From positions 1,116,001-1,180,000 of the forward strand of contig CDRNST010000194.1 of NCBI GenBank assembly GCA_977016875.1: 64,000 nt of DNA, written 5' to 3'. This document shows positions 39,001 to 53,014 of this stretch, piece after piece (position 1 is the stretch's first letter; each line of letters opens with the position of its first letter). The position numbers and the translations under genes were made by a program. The notes below the pieces were generated by a model, which saw nothing but the letters and a program-made list of their open reading frames with translations, did not search any database and was not told the DNA's origin. Source of the DNA: Pavona decussata (Eukaryota).

Positions 39001-42000
39001 ACACATAGCGTGCGCATATAATTTTGAGCGATAACCAAACATAGCCCGCGCATATAAATTTCAGCGATAATTACACATAGTCCGCGCATATAAATTTCAG
39101 TGATAATGACACAGCCCGCGCATATAAATTTCAGCGATAATGACTTAGCCCTTGGATATAAATTTCAGCGATAATAACACATAGCCTGCGCATATAAATT
39201 TTCGCGATAACCAAACCTAATGCACACAGATAATTTTCAGCAATACCTAAACATAGTGAATGCATATAATTTTGAGCGACAAAGACACAGCGCGTGCATA
39301 TAATTTTTTAGGGATAACAAAATTTAGCCCACGCATATTAATTTCAGTGATAATGACAAAGCCCGTGCATATAAATTTTAGCGATAATGACACATAGCCT
39401 GCGCATATAAATTTCAGCGATAAAAAGCACGCGCACACAATTTTCATCAATAACGACACATGGCCTCCACATGTAAATTTTGGCGAAAACCAAACCTAAC
39501 GCACACAGATAATTTTTATCAATACCTAAACATAGTGCACGCACATAACTTTGAGAGACGACACAGAGCGCGTGCAAAATATTTTTCAGCGATAACGAGA
39601 CATAGCGTGTGCATAAAAATTTCAGCGTTAACGATAGCGCGCACATAAAATTTTTATTGATAACGACACATAGCCCGTGCATATAAATTTTCGCGATAAC
39701 CAAACCTAACGCACACAGATAATTTTCAGCAATACCTCAACATAGTAAATACATATAATTTCAAGCAACAACGACACATAGCGCGTGCATATAATTTTCA
39801 GTGATAACAAAATTTAGCCCACGCTTATTAATTGCAGCGATAATGACAAAGCCCGTGCATATAAATTTTAGCGATAATGACACATAGTCTGCGCATATAA
39901 ATTTCAGCGATAACAAGAAGCGTGCGCATACAATTTTCATCGATAACGACACATAGCCTGCGCATATAAATTTTGGCGAAAACCAAACCTAACGCACACA
40001 GATAATTTTCAGCACTACCTAAACATAGTAAACGCATATAATTCTGAGCGAGAACGACACATAGCGCGTGCATATACATGTAATTTTAGGTGATAACAAA
40101 ATTTAGCCCGCGCATATAAATTTCAGCGATAATGACACAGCCCGCGCATATAAATCTCAGCGATAATGACACATAGCTTGCACATATAAATTTCAGCGAT
40201 AACGATAGCGCGCATATAATTTTCATCGATAACGACACATAGCCCGCACATATAAATTTTGGCGAAGACCAAACCTAACGCACACAGATAATTTTCAGCA
40301 ATACCTAAACATAGTGCACGCATATAATTTTGAGCGAGAACGACATAGCGCGTGCATATAATTTTCAGTGATAACGACACATAGCGCGTGCATATAAATT
40401 TTTTTCGAAAACGACACAAAGCCTCCGCATATAATTTTCAGCGATCACGACACATAGTGTGCGCATATAATTTTCATCGATAACCAAACTTAGCCCACGC
40501 ATAAAAATTTCAGCGATAATGACTTAGCCCTTGCATATAAATTTCAGCGATAATAACACATAGCCTGCGCATATAAATTTTCGCAATAACCAAACCTAAC
40601 GCACACAGATAATTTTCAGCAATACCTAAACATAGTGAATGCATATAATTTTCAGCGACAAAGACACAGCGCGTGCATATAATTTTCAGGGATAACAAAA
40701 TTTAGCCCACGCATATTAATTTCAGCGATAATGACAAAGCCCGTGCATATAAATTTTAACGATAATGACACATAGCCTGCGCATATAAATTTCAGCGATA
40801 AAAAGCACGCGCACACAATTTTCATCAATAACGACACATAGCCTGCACATGTAAATTTTGGCGAAAACCAAACCTAACGCACACAGATAATTTTTATCAA
40901 TACCTAAACATAGTGCACGCACATAATTTTGAGAGACGACACAGAGCGCGTGCAAATATTTTTCAGCGATAACGACACATAGCGTGTGCAGAAAAATTTC
41001 AGCGTTAACGATAGCGCGCACATAAAATTTTTATCGATAACGACACATACCCCGCGCATATAAATTTTCGCGATAACCAAACCTAATGCACGCAGATAAT
41101 TTTCAGCACTACCTAAAGATAGTAAACGCAGATAATTCTGAGCGACAACGACACATAGCGCGTGCATATAATTTTAGGTGATAACAAAATTTAGCCAGCG
41201 CATATAAATTTCAGCGATAATGACACAGCCTGCGCATATAAATCTCAGCGATAATGACACATAGCGTGCACATATAAATTTCAGCGATAACGATAGCGCG
41301 CGCATAAAATTTTCATCGATAACGACACATAGCCCGCACATATAAATTTTGGCGAAAACCAAACCTAACGCACACAGATAATTTTTAGCAATACCTAAAC
41401 ATAGCGCACGCATATAATTTTGAGCGAGAACGACATAGCGCGTGCATATAATTTTCAGTAATAACGACACATAGCGCGTGCATATAAATTTTTTTGGATA
41501 ACGACACAAAGCCTGCGCATATAATTTTCAGCGATCACGACAGATAGTGTGCGCATATAATTTTCATCGATAACCAAACTTAGCCCACGCATAAAAATTT
41601 CAGCGATGACACATAGCCCGCACATAAAAATTTCAGCGAGAACAACGCATAGCGCGCATATAATTTTGAGCAATGACCAAACATAGCCGGCGCATATAAA
41701 TTTCAGCGATAATTACAAATAGCCCGTGCATATAAATTTCATTTATGATGATAGCGTGTGCATATAATTTTTATCGATAACTTCACATAGCCTGCGCATA
41801 TAAATTTCAGCGATAACAAAACCTAATGCACACAGATAATTTTCAGCAATAACGAAAGATAGTGCGCGTTTATAATTTTTAGCAATACCTTAACATAGTG
41901 CACACATATCATTTTGAGCGATAACGACACAGCACACGCATATGATTTTCAGCGATAACGAAACAACGCGGCCATATAATTTTCAGCGATAACGAAACAT

Positions 42001-44520
42001 GGCGAGAACATATAATTCTTAGCGATAATGACACAGCGCACACATATAACTTTCAGTGATAACGACACATAGCGCGCATATAATTTTCACATAGCGCGCA
42101 AATAATTTTCAGCAATAACAAAACTTAGCGCGTGCATATAATTTTCAGCGATGACGACTTATAGCGCGCGCATTTAATTTTTAGCATTAACCAAACATAG
42201 CTCGTGCATATAATTTTCAGCGATAACGACACATAGCGCGTGCATATAAATTTTTTTCGAAAACGACACAAAGCCTCCGCATATAATTTTCAGCGATCAC
42301 GACACATAGTGTGCGCATATAATTTTCATCGATAACCAAACTTAGCCCACGCATAAAAATTTCAGCGATAATGACTTATCCCTTGCATATAAATTTCAGC
42401 GATAATAACACATAGCCTGCGCATATAAATTTTCGCGATAACCAAACCTAACGCACACAGATAATTTTCAGCAATACCTAAACATAGTGAATGCATATAA
42501 TTTTGAGCGACAAAGACACAGCGCGTGCATATAATTTTCAGGGATAACAAAATTTAGCCCACGCATATTAATTTCAGCGATAATGACAAAGCCCGTGCAT
42601 ATAAATTTTAGCGATAATGACACTTAGCCTGCGCATATAAATTTCAGCGATAAAAAGCACGCGCACACAATTTTCATCAATAACGACACATAGCCTGCAC
42701 ATGTAAATTTTGGCGAAAACCAAACCTAACGCACACAGATAATTTTTATCAATACCTAAACATAGTGCACGCACATAATTTTGAGAGACGACACAGAGCG
42801 CGTGCAAATATTTTTCAGCGATAACGACACATAGCGTGTGCATAAAAATTTCAGCGTTAACGATAGCGCGCACATAAAATTTTTATTGATAACGACACAT
42901 AGCCCGCGCATATAAATTTTCGCGATAACCAAACCTAACGCACACAGATAATTTTCAGCAATACCTAAACATAGTGAATACATATAATTTTAAGCAACAA
43001 CGACACATAGCACGTGCATATAATTTTCAGTGATAACAAAATTTAGCCCACGCATATTAATTGCAGCGATAATGACAAAGCCCGTGCATATAAATTTTAG
43101 CGATAATGACACATAGTCTGCGCATATAAATTTCAGTGATAACAAGAAGCGTGCGCATACAATTTTCATCGATAACGACACATAGCCTGCGCATATAAAT
43201 TTTGGTGAAAACCAAACCTAACGCACACAGATAATTTTCAGCAATACCTAAACAAAGTAAACGCATATAATTCTGAGCGACAACGACACATAGCGCGTGC
43301 TATGTAACGGCACAGCACACGCATATGATTTTCAGCGATAACGAAACAACGTGGCCATATAATTTTCAGCGATAACGAAACATGGCGAGCACATATAATT
43401 CCTAGCGATAATGACACATAGCGCACACATATAACTTTCAGTGATAACGACACATAGCGCTCATATAATTTTCACATAGCGCACACATAATTTTCAGCAA
43501 TAACAAAACTTAGCGCGTGCATATAATTTTCAGCGATGACGACTTATAGCGCGCGCATTTAATTTTTAGCATTAACCAAACATAGCTCGTGCATATAATT
43601 TTCAGCGATAACGACACATAGCGCGCGCATACAATTTTCAGCATTAACCAAACTTAGCACGCGCATATAATTTTAAGCGATAACGAAACATAGTGCGCGC
43701 ATACAATTTTCAGCGATAACAACACATAGCGCGCGCATATAATTTTTGGCAATAACGACACATAGCTGCCGTATATAATTTTCAGCGATAATGAAACATA
43801 GCACGCACATATAATTTTCAGTGATAATGAAACATAGCGCGCACATATTTTTCAGCAATAATGAAACATAGTACACGAATATAAGTTTCAGCGATAATGA
43901 AACATAGCGTGCCCATATAATTGTCAGTGAGAATGAAACAAAGTACGCGCATATAATTTTTTAGCAATAACGAAACTTAGCGCACGCATATAATTTTCAG
44001 CGACAACGAAACAGCGCGCGCATATAATTTTGAGCTATAAAGAAACAATGCGCTCATTTAATTTTCGGTGATAAAGAAACAGCGTGCGCATATAATTCTC
44101 AGCAATAACGAAACATAGCGCACGGATATAATTTTCATCAATAAAGAAAGATAGCACGTGCAAATAGTGTTAGCGATAAAAAAATACATTGTGCGCATAT
44201 AATTTTAAGCAATAAAGAAACAGCGTGCATATGTTTGTTTTTAAACATTTGAACACCAATTTTGAAATGTTTTTCTGTTTGCTTAGGCTCATCGAGGCTT
44301 TTAGCTGCTTTACAAACCTCATGCTTGATTAACACCATATTTTTTTTCATGTTGTAAAACCACTCTCAGCGTCAAATCAAGGAAAATATACAGAACAATA
44401 AAGTTTAAAGTTGTTTATATTCCAGAGCAATTTTATTTCGTTTTGATCAGTTTAGTAAGCCCTAAATAACATTTTAATAGGAAGGCTTTTTCAATAACTG
44501 ACACAGTCCACCACACGAGA

Positions 44521-44705
44521 TATGTCCAGAAATGCACGCTAATGAGATGCATGAACTGTATGATAGACATCACAAAGTGTCCCCTACCCTAAATTCTTAC
44601 CAAAACACAAATAATTCTGTCAAACATGAAGTCATATGAAAATGACAAAAAGGTCTGTCTTATATAAAGTACCCAAAATCAGGGTTAGGTGCATTTCTGG
44701 ACATA
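44521..44705. mobile_element. MITE-like element
   Basis: 17-bp perfect inverted termini tatgtccagaaatgcac / gtgcatttctggacata. Confidence 0.6.
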
Positions 44706-47700
44706 AGTGGTTTATTTAGCTGACAAGTGCATCAAGGCCATGTTGTGTTCAGTTTTGTGCGCAAGCACAGTTAGAAACTAATTTTCAGGCCTGATATTTT
44801 ATAGTAATTAATTTTCAATTCGTTATTTTTTAAACTATCAGTAAAGGCAGGTTTATAACCTCTGATTAGTTAGTCTGACTTGCGCCCCTGTTCCCAAAAG
44901 TATAGAAGAGTACATGTATTTTGACACCCAATTTATGGATGATTCCCGAAATCGAAAGTTCAGAGTGAAGTTGAGCAGGCAGTATCAAATTAAGAGTGAG
45001 AAATCAGTCAAATTTCAAATCAAAATCAGGTTTCAGAATACACATACAATTTGACACGCACAGACCTTATCAAACGAGTCTGGAAATAACAGTGTTTGTA
45101 TTGAAATCCGATGTCAAATAATTTTTATGACATCACTTCTGAAAAATTCATGAATTGGAAACTTTAGGCAGGCAAAGGATTTTACCTTAAATAACTGAGG
45201 AATGTAGCTATGCTAGAAAGCATCTAGTTGCATTGTGACATTTCCCTATTTTGCCTGTAAATCTATTCCAGTGAACCAGCCGTGAACTGCTCTTAAAAAT
45301 AGTCCACAGGAAAAAAATACAGGGAAATGTATGGGAAAATCAAAAACACGACTGGACAATTTCTGGCACAGCTACATCCCTTCAATTTTTTTTAAAATCC
45401 TTTTCCTAGTGCCAAACGTTTTCTATTTTTTAGAAGCGAAGTTTTATGAAAATTATTTGACATGGGATTTCCATACAAACACTGTTATTTCAAGAGGTGT
45501 TTGCGTACCATTCAAGATGGCTTCCAAAACCGCGATAAGGTCCACACTGTTGTGCCAAAAAATCTGACCAAGCAATTGCAGTGGGTAACCTTGCCTTAAA
45601 ATGAACCAAGTAATTTTTATAATCTTATTATGGTTAATCTTAATTAAACAACAACATTAAAAATGAAATTGAAGTAGTGTTTCTTGTTGAATTAAATATT
45701 TTTTTGATGAATATAATTCTGTAGTCTGCATTTGGCTATTTTCAACATTGCGGCCTCAAAAGATAAAGTGATCGGCATTATTATTTTATTCTTCTGTGAA
45801 ATCAGAATAAAAAAAATAAATAAAAGAATTTACTTCACCAACACATGAAATCTGAGGTCCTACAGACCATTGCGTTGCTTTCAAAACAGTCTGTGGGGAA
45901 AATTGGGTGATTACTGATAACGAAATCAACCCCAATCCCAGGGCTATAGAATGGTAAAATTCGAAAAAGACCAAAATGCAGAGACTCTCACTTAAAACCT
46001 GAGACTGAGATTTGACTATTTCTTTCAAATCTGAGCCTCGGACAATTCGAATCAAAAATATAAGTGCAAGACGCCGTGAAATCAGCCTTGCTCTTTTTAA
46101 GCCATGATACGGCAATTTACAAGCAGAATTTATCCAAGCCTACATGTTTCACAGCCTGTGCGATTGCGATGTTGAGCTGCTTTTCAGTATTCTATGTTTT
46201 GTGTTGTTTTATGACGGTCATTCAGACTTAGTAACTTGGCTTGTGAGACTCCAAGATTCAAAATCCAAAAAACAAGATTCCGAGACCAGCTTTATTTTTT
46301 TATACTAGCTTGGGATTCCAAGAGCCCCGAAAATTTGCAGAGACCCATCATTTTTCCAGGACCAATCTATACCCCTAATCCCCAAAGTATACATTATTAT
46401 AAACTTTGTCAAAAATGAATCTTCTGGTTACTTTATAAAGGCGCCAGATAGTCGCCTTCCGCCACTGTTGCTCGGCTGCTAAAAGCATTACCAGGGGCTA
46501 CGAAATCAAGGACGTGCAACATGTGACTTCACTGGCAGAGCCTGTATGAGACGGAAAGGCATTTCTCAGCATTTGTGAGAATAGCATTGCTATTCTCACT
46601 GAGACCTTATTACCAGTGCTTTAAGCCCCCAAAACCATGTCCAGTGTAGAACATGTACAGGCTGTTTAATGGGTGACACAGGGACACATTACAATATAGC
46701 AAGAGTCTGAACTGTCTAAAGATACAACAGTTTGGCTAATCACGCTATCAGTGTTACTCACGATTATAGCCTTCATATCTTTTCAGTTCCAAAGAAAGAA
46801 TCTATTTCAGAAAGTCCATTCTTCATCAAACCAAGGTTTATAACTGTCTTTCCAACCGTTTAAATATGCCTGTCCAAATTGTCCAGCACCTGTACTCATA
46901 ATATTGGCAAATTTAAAAGGTGCCTCATTTGGGATAATGCAACACAGACAATTTACACGGCACCACAAATTAGCAAGTGTCTATGGTCATAAAAACCACA
47001 CAACCTTTCTTTCAAGAACTTTGCTTGATTGATGATGATGAATATTAAAGACTTTGTTTTTCCTTCATAATATACATACAGACATCAGCATGTACATCCA
47101 GTCGCATTTGACTGGAAGATACAAGTTACAATCTTTTGGTATTTGATTTGCATTTGATGACCTGTTAAATTTGCTTTGAAATATTTATCTCATTAGCTTA
47201 ATTAATAATATTATTCACTTTCATAGATATTATCATTACTGTAACTTTTAATCTTATTATCACCATTATCATTTTTAACACGTAGTTAATTAAAGCTGTA
47301 AGAGTTCTTGTATGACATAAATTCACTCAAACAGTAACAGTTTAATTTGTAAAAGCGTTTGAATCAATTAAAGTCTGCTATCTTTTGTGGCAATTGTCAT
47401 ATATTGCTCAAAAACCTTTCATTTTAAATTAAGGGTACATGGAAAAAACATGCAGTGTTGAAAACTGTTACCCATATTGAATTTTTAAACATATGTTGCT
47501 AGTGACTACAACTGCAGTCTAGTTGTTGGCTGTGGTTTTTCAGTTTGGTTGAGTAGTTGACTTACATCAAATAGTGTTGGTCAGCTGGTCAGCGGTTACC
47601 CGCAATCGTGTTTGTAGGAAGCACATTCTTGTAGTCCACCATGTTGAATGTTCAAGTTGCAAGTAAAAGGAAGTTTTGCTATATGTATTGGCTGTAGTAA

Positions 47701-47889
47701 ACCTTGATAAGCTCTTTTTTGCTTTTTTAAAATAGATTTCCACTTGGCTCAATTAGTTTAAGACTTTCCAATACAGTAAATGATGTTATGACAGATTAGT
47801 GCAAGTATGAAAATTTGATCTACGCTATATTTGTCTTTGGTTCATTTTTTACTTTTACAATTACATTGGAAGTAGCTCTTATTCTTATT

Positions 47890-48180
47890 TGGTCACCTCA
47901 TAGACATAACACTTTTGTAATGGTTGAACTTTAGAGCTAATGATTCTGACCAAACGTTAAGGTTGTTTAAATCAGTCTGCAGGGCTTTAGTATTATTGCC
48001 AGAACCAACTGTCTAAAGATTTTTGTATCATTAGCAAAGCATGCCATCTGAGATGACTCACAGCAATAAGGCAAGTTGTGAACCAACAATAGGAACAACG
48101 GAATTCCCAAGAGTGATCCTTGGGGGTACACCTGATGTGACAGAAGCCTCTCTGGATGCGATGAGTAAATAAGTGCCAAA
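47890..48180 (-). mobile_element. Decayed LINE reverse-transcriptase fragment
   Basis: PQGSLLGIPLFLL...MACFANDTKIFR, a degenerate PQG and FADD pair. Confidence 0.8.
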
Positions 48181-48654
48181 CCAGTCATAAAAGCAGACAG
48201 TGATGTTAGGTGGTCCATGCCTTGCAATTTATCCATTACAAGAATACAGCCAGAAGCTGTTGCACATCTCATGTGCCCTGAGACCCAAAGCTGATGCCGC
48301 ATGTGCCAACACATAGGGTCTTGACAATCTGCGAGCCAGCGATCCACTCAGGTTAGCCTAAAAAGCACTCCGGTAAGCCTAAATAGCACTCAGGTTAGCT
48401 TAAATAGCTCCCCAGTTAGCATTTATGTTGGGGGTTAATCATGCATCGCAAGTTTGGCTTGCATGGCTCGCTGGCTCGCACATTGGCCACTCTCCAACAC
48501 ATACAGTTCAGGAAGCAGAAGGCCAGCTCATCTCAAAGACTGTGTATAGCCGGTACAGAGCTTAAAGGTTTTAAAAGAATTTAAGCAGGCTGCATATTCA
48601 TCTTAAGTATCATTGTTCAGAAATACCAATGGACTGAGGGAAGCTGCATGTAAT

Positions 48655-51325
48655 CTAGCAGTATGCAGGATGTTTTTCCCATGAACCTATTTTAACAGCC
48701 CTAGCTCCCACAAGTTTCCTGTAGCTCAGGCACAGGTACAGCATCCAAACTAGTAATCGGAAGGTCTGAGGTTCGTCTCCTAATAGGTGGACTCAAATTT
48801 TTTCCGAGTATGCCTGCGTCACTTACTGAATAATACATTGTTCTCATTTATTTCCCAGGCTTAAAATATTCCATCACATTTAGTCCATTTGCGCATATAT
48901 AATGCCCAACATGACATTCCAATCCTAGCAGTATGAAGGATGTTACCAGAAATAACAATTGAAGGAAGCTGCATGTGAATATAATTCGAAGGTACTTTTG
49001 ATTTTAAGTTATTTCCCATGCATGGCGTATCATTTAAATGAAACACAGTGATCAGCTCAGAGTATTGATTGTGATCAATTTTTTTTCTTTTTTGTATAGG
49101 AAATCGCTAATCAAATAAATATTCATTACTATGCTAAATGCAAATAAATCCACAATTTTTAATTTAACAGTTAATGCAAATTAATTAAGTTAATTAAATA
49201 AATAAATAAAAAGTTAATTAAATAAATAAATCTTATTGACAAGAATGTATTTGTATTTTCATTTTAGTGAATTATAATGCTGTTACTGAAAGAATCGCAT
49301 AAACTAAATTTCAAGTTATAAAGCAAAGGATGTGACTTTTGATGTAATGTCAAATTCTCCTTTTGTTTCACAAGCGAATGCAAGACAATTTGGAAGGAGA
49401 ATCTAGCAATTTATCACAAGTAATTTAAGGTACCCTTGCATTTCTTTTGTTTTCGTGTCCACTAAAAAATATCTGTCCAGCTCTTGCAAAGAAAACAATA
49501 GAACGAGTGTACCCCAACTGGGGAAAAAGTTTTGTGTTCAGTCCCATGATCAACTGCAACCATAGAGTCCTTTCTTGATGGAGGAAGAGAGCGGACCCTG
49601 GGAAAGAGGTTGTCATTTCAAACTACACTGACAAACACCTTTCATAGTAATAATTGTACCATAAAAGATGCAAAATGTAAATGACATGAACATATCAGGC
49701 AACATTATTTGGGGCCACCAGGTTGTCAAAAATGTACAGGTGATATAGGGTGTATGGGTGTTTAAAGCTGTACAGGTTAATACATGGTGTATAAGAGTTT
49801 GAAGTATGTTTTTAATGGCCTTAGCCCCCACAAGTCTCCTGCAGCTCAGTGGTAGAGCATTTGAACTAGTAATCAGAAGGTCTTAGCTTCGACTCCTGAT
49901 AGAAACACTGGGATTTGTTCTTAGTATGCCTGCGTCACTTACTAAATAATACATCATTCTTGTTTATTCACAAAGCTTAAAATATTCCATCACATTATTT
50001 TATTCCATTACACATATCCATAGATGGAATCTCAATTTGCCCCATGAACCTAGTTTAATGGCCTTAGCTCCCACGAGTCTAATGTAGCTCAGTGGTAGAA
50101 CATCCGAACTAGTAATCAGAAGGTCCTAGGTTCGACTCCTGATAGGAGCACTCGGATGTTTTCTGGGTATGCCTGTATCACTTACTGAATAATATACCAT
50201 TCTCATTCATTCATATTCTATCACATTTATTCCATTGTCCATATGCCACTTATGACATTCCAATCCTAGGAGTATGTATAATGTTTAGCCCATGAACCTA
50301 GTTTAATGGCCTTAGCTCCCACAAGTCTCCTTGAGCTCAGTGGTAGTGCATATTCATTACTATGCTTAATGCAAATTAATCGAAAATTAATTAATTTAAT
50401 AATTGATGCAACTTAATTAAATAAGGATTATTGAGAAGAATGTGTTTGTATTTTCATTTGAGTGAATTATAATGCTCTTACTAAAAGAATCCCATGAACT
50501 AAATTTTGATTTATAGAGCAAAAGATGGACTTTTGATGTATGGTCAACTTCTCCTTTTGTTTTACAAGCGAATACAAGACAATTTGGAAGGAGAATCTAG
50601 CAATTTATCACAAGTAATTTAAGGTTTTTTGCAGGCAGCTTTGGATTTCTTTTGTTTTTGTGCCCACTCCAAAATGTCTGTCCAGCTCTGGCAAAGAAAA
50701 CAATAGAACAAGTGTACCCCAACTGGGAAAAACGTTTTGTGTTCAGTCCCATGATCAGCTGTAACCAGAGTCCATTGTTGAAGGAGAAAGAGAGAGGACT
50801 CTGGGAAAGAGGTTGTCATTTCAAACCACACTAACACCTTTCATGATAATAGTGCCATAACGTAGTATGTATATTCCATGGCCTTAGCTCCCTTAGCTGC
50901 TGTAACTTAGTGGTAGAGCACCTGAACTAGTAATCAGGTCCTAGGTGGTAGAGCACCTGAACTAGTAATCAGGTCCTAGGTTTGACTCCCAATAGGAGCA
51001 CTCAGATTTTTTCTGACTATGCCTCTGTCAATTACTGAATAATACATCATTCTCATTTATTCAAGAGGCTTAAAATATTCCATCACAATTATTCCATTGC
51101 GCATATGCCACACATGACAATCCAATACTAGCAGTATGCAAGATGTTTGTACGATGAATTCAAACTTAGGTGCTAGAGTATCCGAACTTGTAAGTCGAAG
51201 GTCTTAGGCTCAAGTCCTGATAGGAGCGCTCAGATTTATTCCGAGTATGCCTGTGTCATTACTGAATAATACATCATTCTCATTTAATTATTCATCAGGC
51301 TTAAAATATTCCATCAAATTTATTT
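48655..51325 (+). mobile_element. Cluster of about six tRNA-derived SINE-like units
   Basis: A box tagctcagtggtagagc, B box ggttcgactcc and an AGT-containing loop. Cores lie near 48716, 49835, 50080, 50330 (truncated), 50900 and 51165. Confidence 0.8.
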
Positions 51326-51329
51326 CAAG

Positions 51330-51916
51330 AGTATGCAGAGTACTTAAGGTACTGTAATTCCTTCCTTAAAGGATATTCTGAATTTTCTAATAATAATGAG
51401 TGGAGGCGAGGATTGTAGATAAGGAGAGAAGACAATAACCCTGTTGGAGATAAGCTGCCCTTTGATTGAGAACCGGAAGCAGAAGGACGAGGAGAAAACC
51501 CGCAAGTACGCCCCACTACGATGGGAAATCAAGGAGTACCTGGGCTATCAGATCACTCAAATCAACATTATAATGGATGTACTTGGTGAATTTTCTAAGG
51601 GACTGAGTAGTAGTTTGAGGGAAATACTAGGAGCAAAGTGTAGCAGAGATGTTCTAGGACGGATGCAGAAGTCTGACCTAAGTAGTAGCCTGAACTTTCA
51701 AGGTCTTGTGCTAGATTAAGATGCTCAAACTCCCATTGCATCCACCTAATAGCTAGATTAAGCATAGATTAATTTTTTTTGAATTTTAAATTGATTTTCT
51801 TTGTTTATCACATGATTTTATTGCAAATTTAGACGCAGGGCTAGCCACGGGTTAAAATCTAGCTCCTTGTGTTTTTTATTTCATATCTGGCATCCACATG
51901 TTGACATACTGTCTCC

Positions 51917-51917
<1 letters not shown>
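51330..51917 (+). mobile_element. 3' fragment of an RLE-type non-LTR retrotransposon
   Basis: [28 protein letters not shown]...IIMDVLG is an RLE-type E-x-S-C-P...K..KY motif. A UTR and then (AAT)n follow. Confidence 0.8.
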
Positions 51918-51990
<73 letters not shown>

Positions 51991-52140
51991 CATAATAATT
52001 ATAACAATACTAATTTTGCCTTTATTTACTTATACATTAGTTTTATATTAGATTTGAATAAAATTGTTTATCACTTAAATTCAGATAATAATAATAATAA
52101 TAATAATTATTATTATTATGAGGATTATTATTATTATTTA
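51917..52140. repeat. (AAT)n run of about 21 units with downstream AAT/TAT runs
   Basis: Visible directly. Confidence 0.95.
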
Positions 52141-53014
52141 TTACTTATGTTATACCAGTTCTGCAGGGCTTCCAGATGTTATGATTCTATGGAGTATTCT
52201 GGTTGCAAGGGAATGAAAGAGCTTCCAGATGAGATGGAGTCTTATATTAACTTACAGCTACAAAGAATACACAAATCTATATAGAGTACAAAGGGTCTAC
52301 AAGGCCAAGGGTATACAGCGTGTACAAGGATATGCATGGTACATAGGGTGTAGAACGGTATGTAGGGCACACACAGTGTCCAACTGTATGTACGATATGT
52401 ATGGTGTACAACATTATGTAGGCTATGCATGGTTCTGTACTTTTTTCTCTGGGTACAGCATTTAAACACATGCATATCATTTTGTTATACTGTAGTGACT
52501 TCAGTGTGCTGACCTGGATATATAGGTCATTTACCTTGTTTGAAATAATGTGTTCCCTCCCCATAAAAATCAGAGGCTCATGTGAGCATCTGCAGCAATA
52601 CAACTCTACATGTATACCAGTTTTGGTGTGGATTCAGGTTTCTATGCAGGTTGTAATAATCTTGTTTTTATAAGTGATTAAGCTTTCAATCTCCCATTTA
52701 CATTATTTATACTGGGCATTCAATAAAGTCAAGCTGACATTTAGACAGTGCTGCTGACCATGTAAAGTGGCAACTCATTTATTCTAAAATACTCTGAATA
52801 AAATCATAAAAGATAAGAAATAAAAAATTAAAAAGATTAAAACTTGTTATAGTAAAGCTGTTTTAAGCATTCGCCCCTGTTTTTTGAGAAAGGAGTTTTG
52901 TGCTAGTCAGTCACTATAAGGTTTTGCCATCCCTTTATGTTAATACGCAGACAAAATATCCAGTAACCATGTGTGTTTGCATATAAATATGCCACTCTGT
53001 GCAGTTACTCACTG

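Larger units (their letters stand above)
24737..44230. repeat. 36-bp satellite array, roughly 400 monomers excluding insertions
   Basis: Consensus ~cagcgataacgacacatagcgcgcgcatataatttt. The 12-aa period of the spurious ORFs (MRVLCVIIAEIY) confirms 36 bp. Confidence 0.97.

Noticed and set aside
24683-43876. Dozens of minus-strand ORFs with 12-aa repeats (MRALCVVIAENY)
   Set aside because: These arise from a 36-bp monomer with stop-free frames. Frequent 1-2-bp indels switch frames, so there is no sign of coding constraint.
24737-44230. CRISPR array, suggested by the 36-bp repeat length
   Set aside because: Monomers are contiguous with no unique spacers, there are no cas genes, and the context is eukaryotic.
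48716-51230. Functional tRNA-Thr(AGT) genes
   Set aside because: The anticodon loop has 8 nt, acceptor and T stems are mismatched, and copies decay independently. They are tRNA-derived repeats.
51898-52284. Poly-Asn/poly-Tyr ORF, and the similar DY and NH repeat ORFs at ~2.4 kb
   Set aside because: They are translations of microsatellites.
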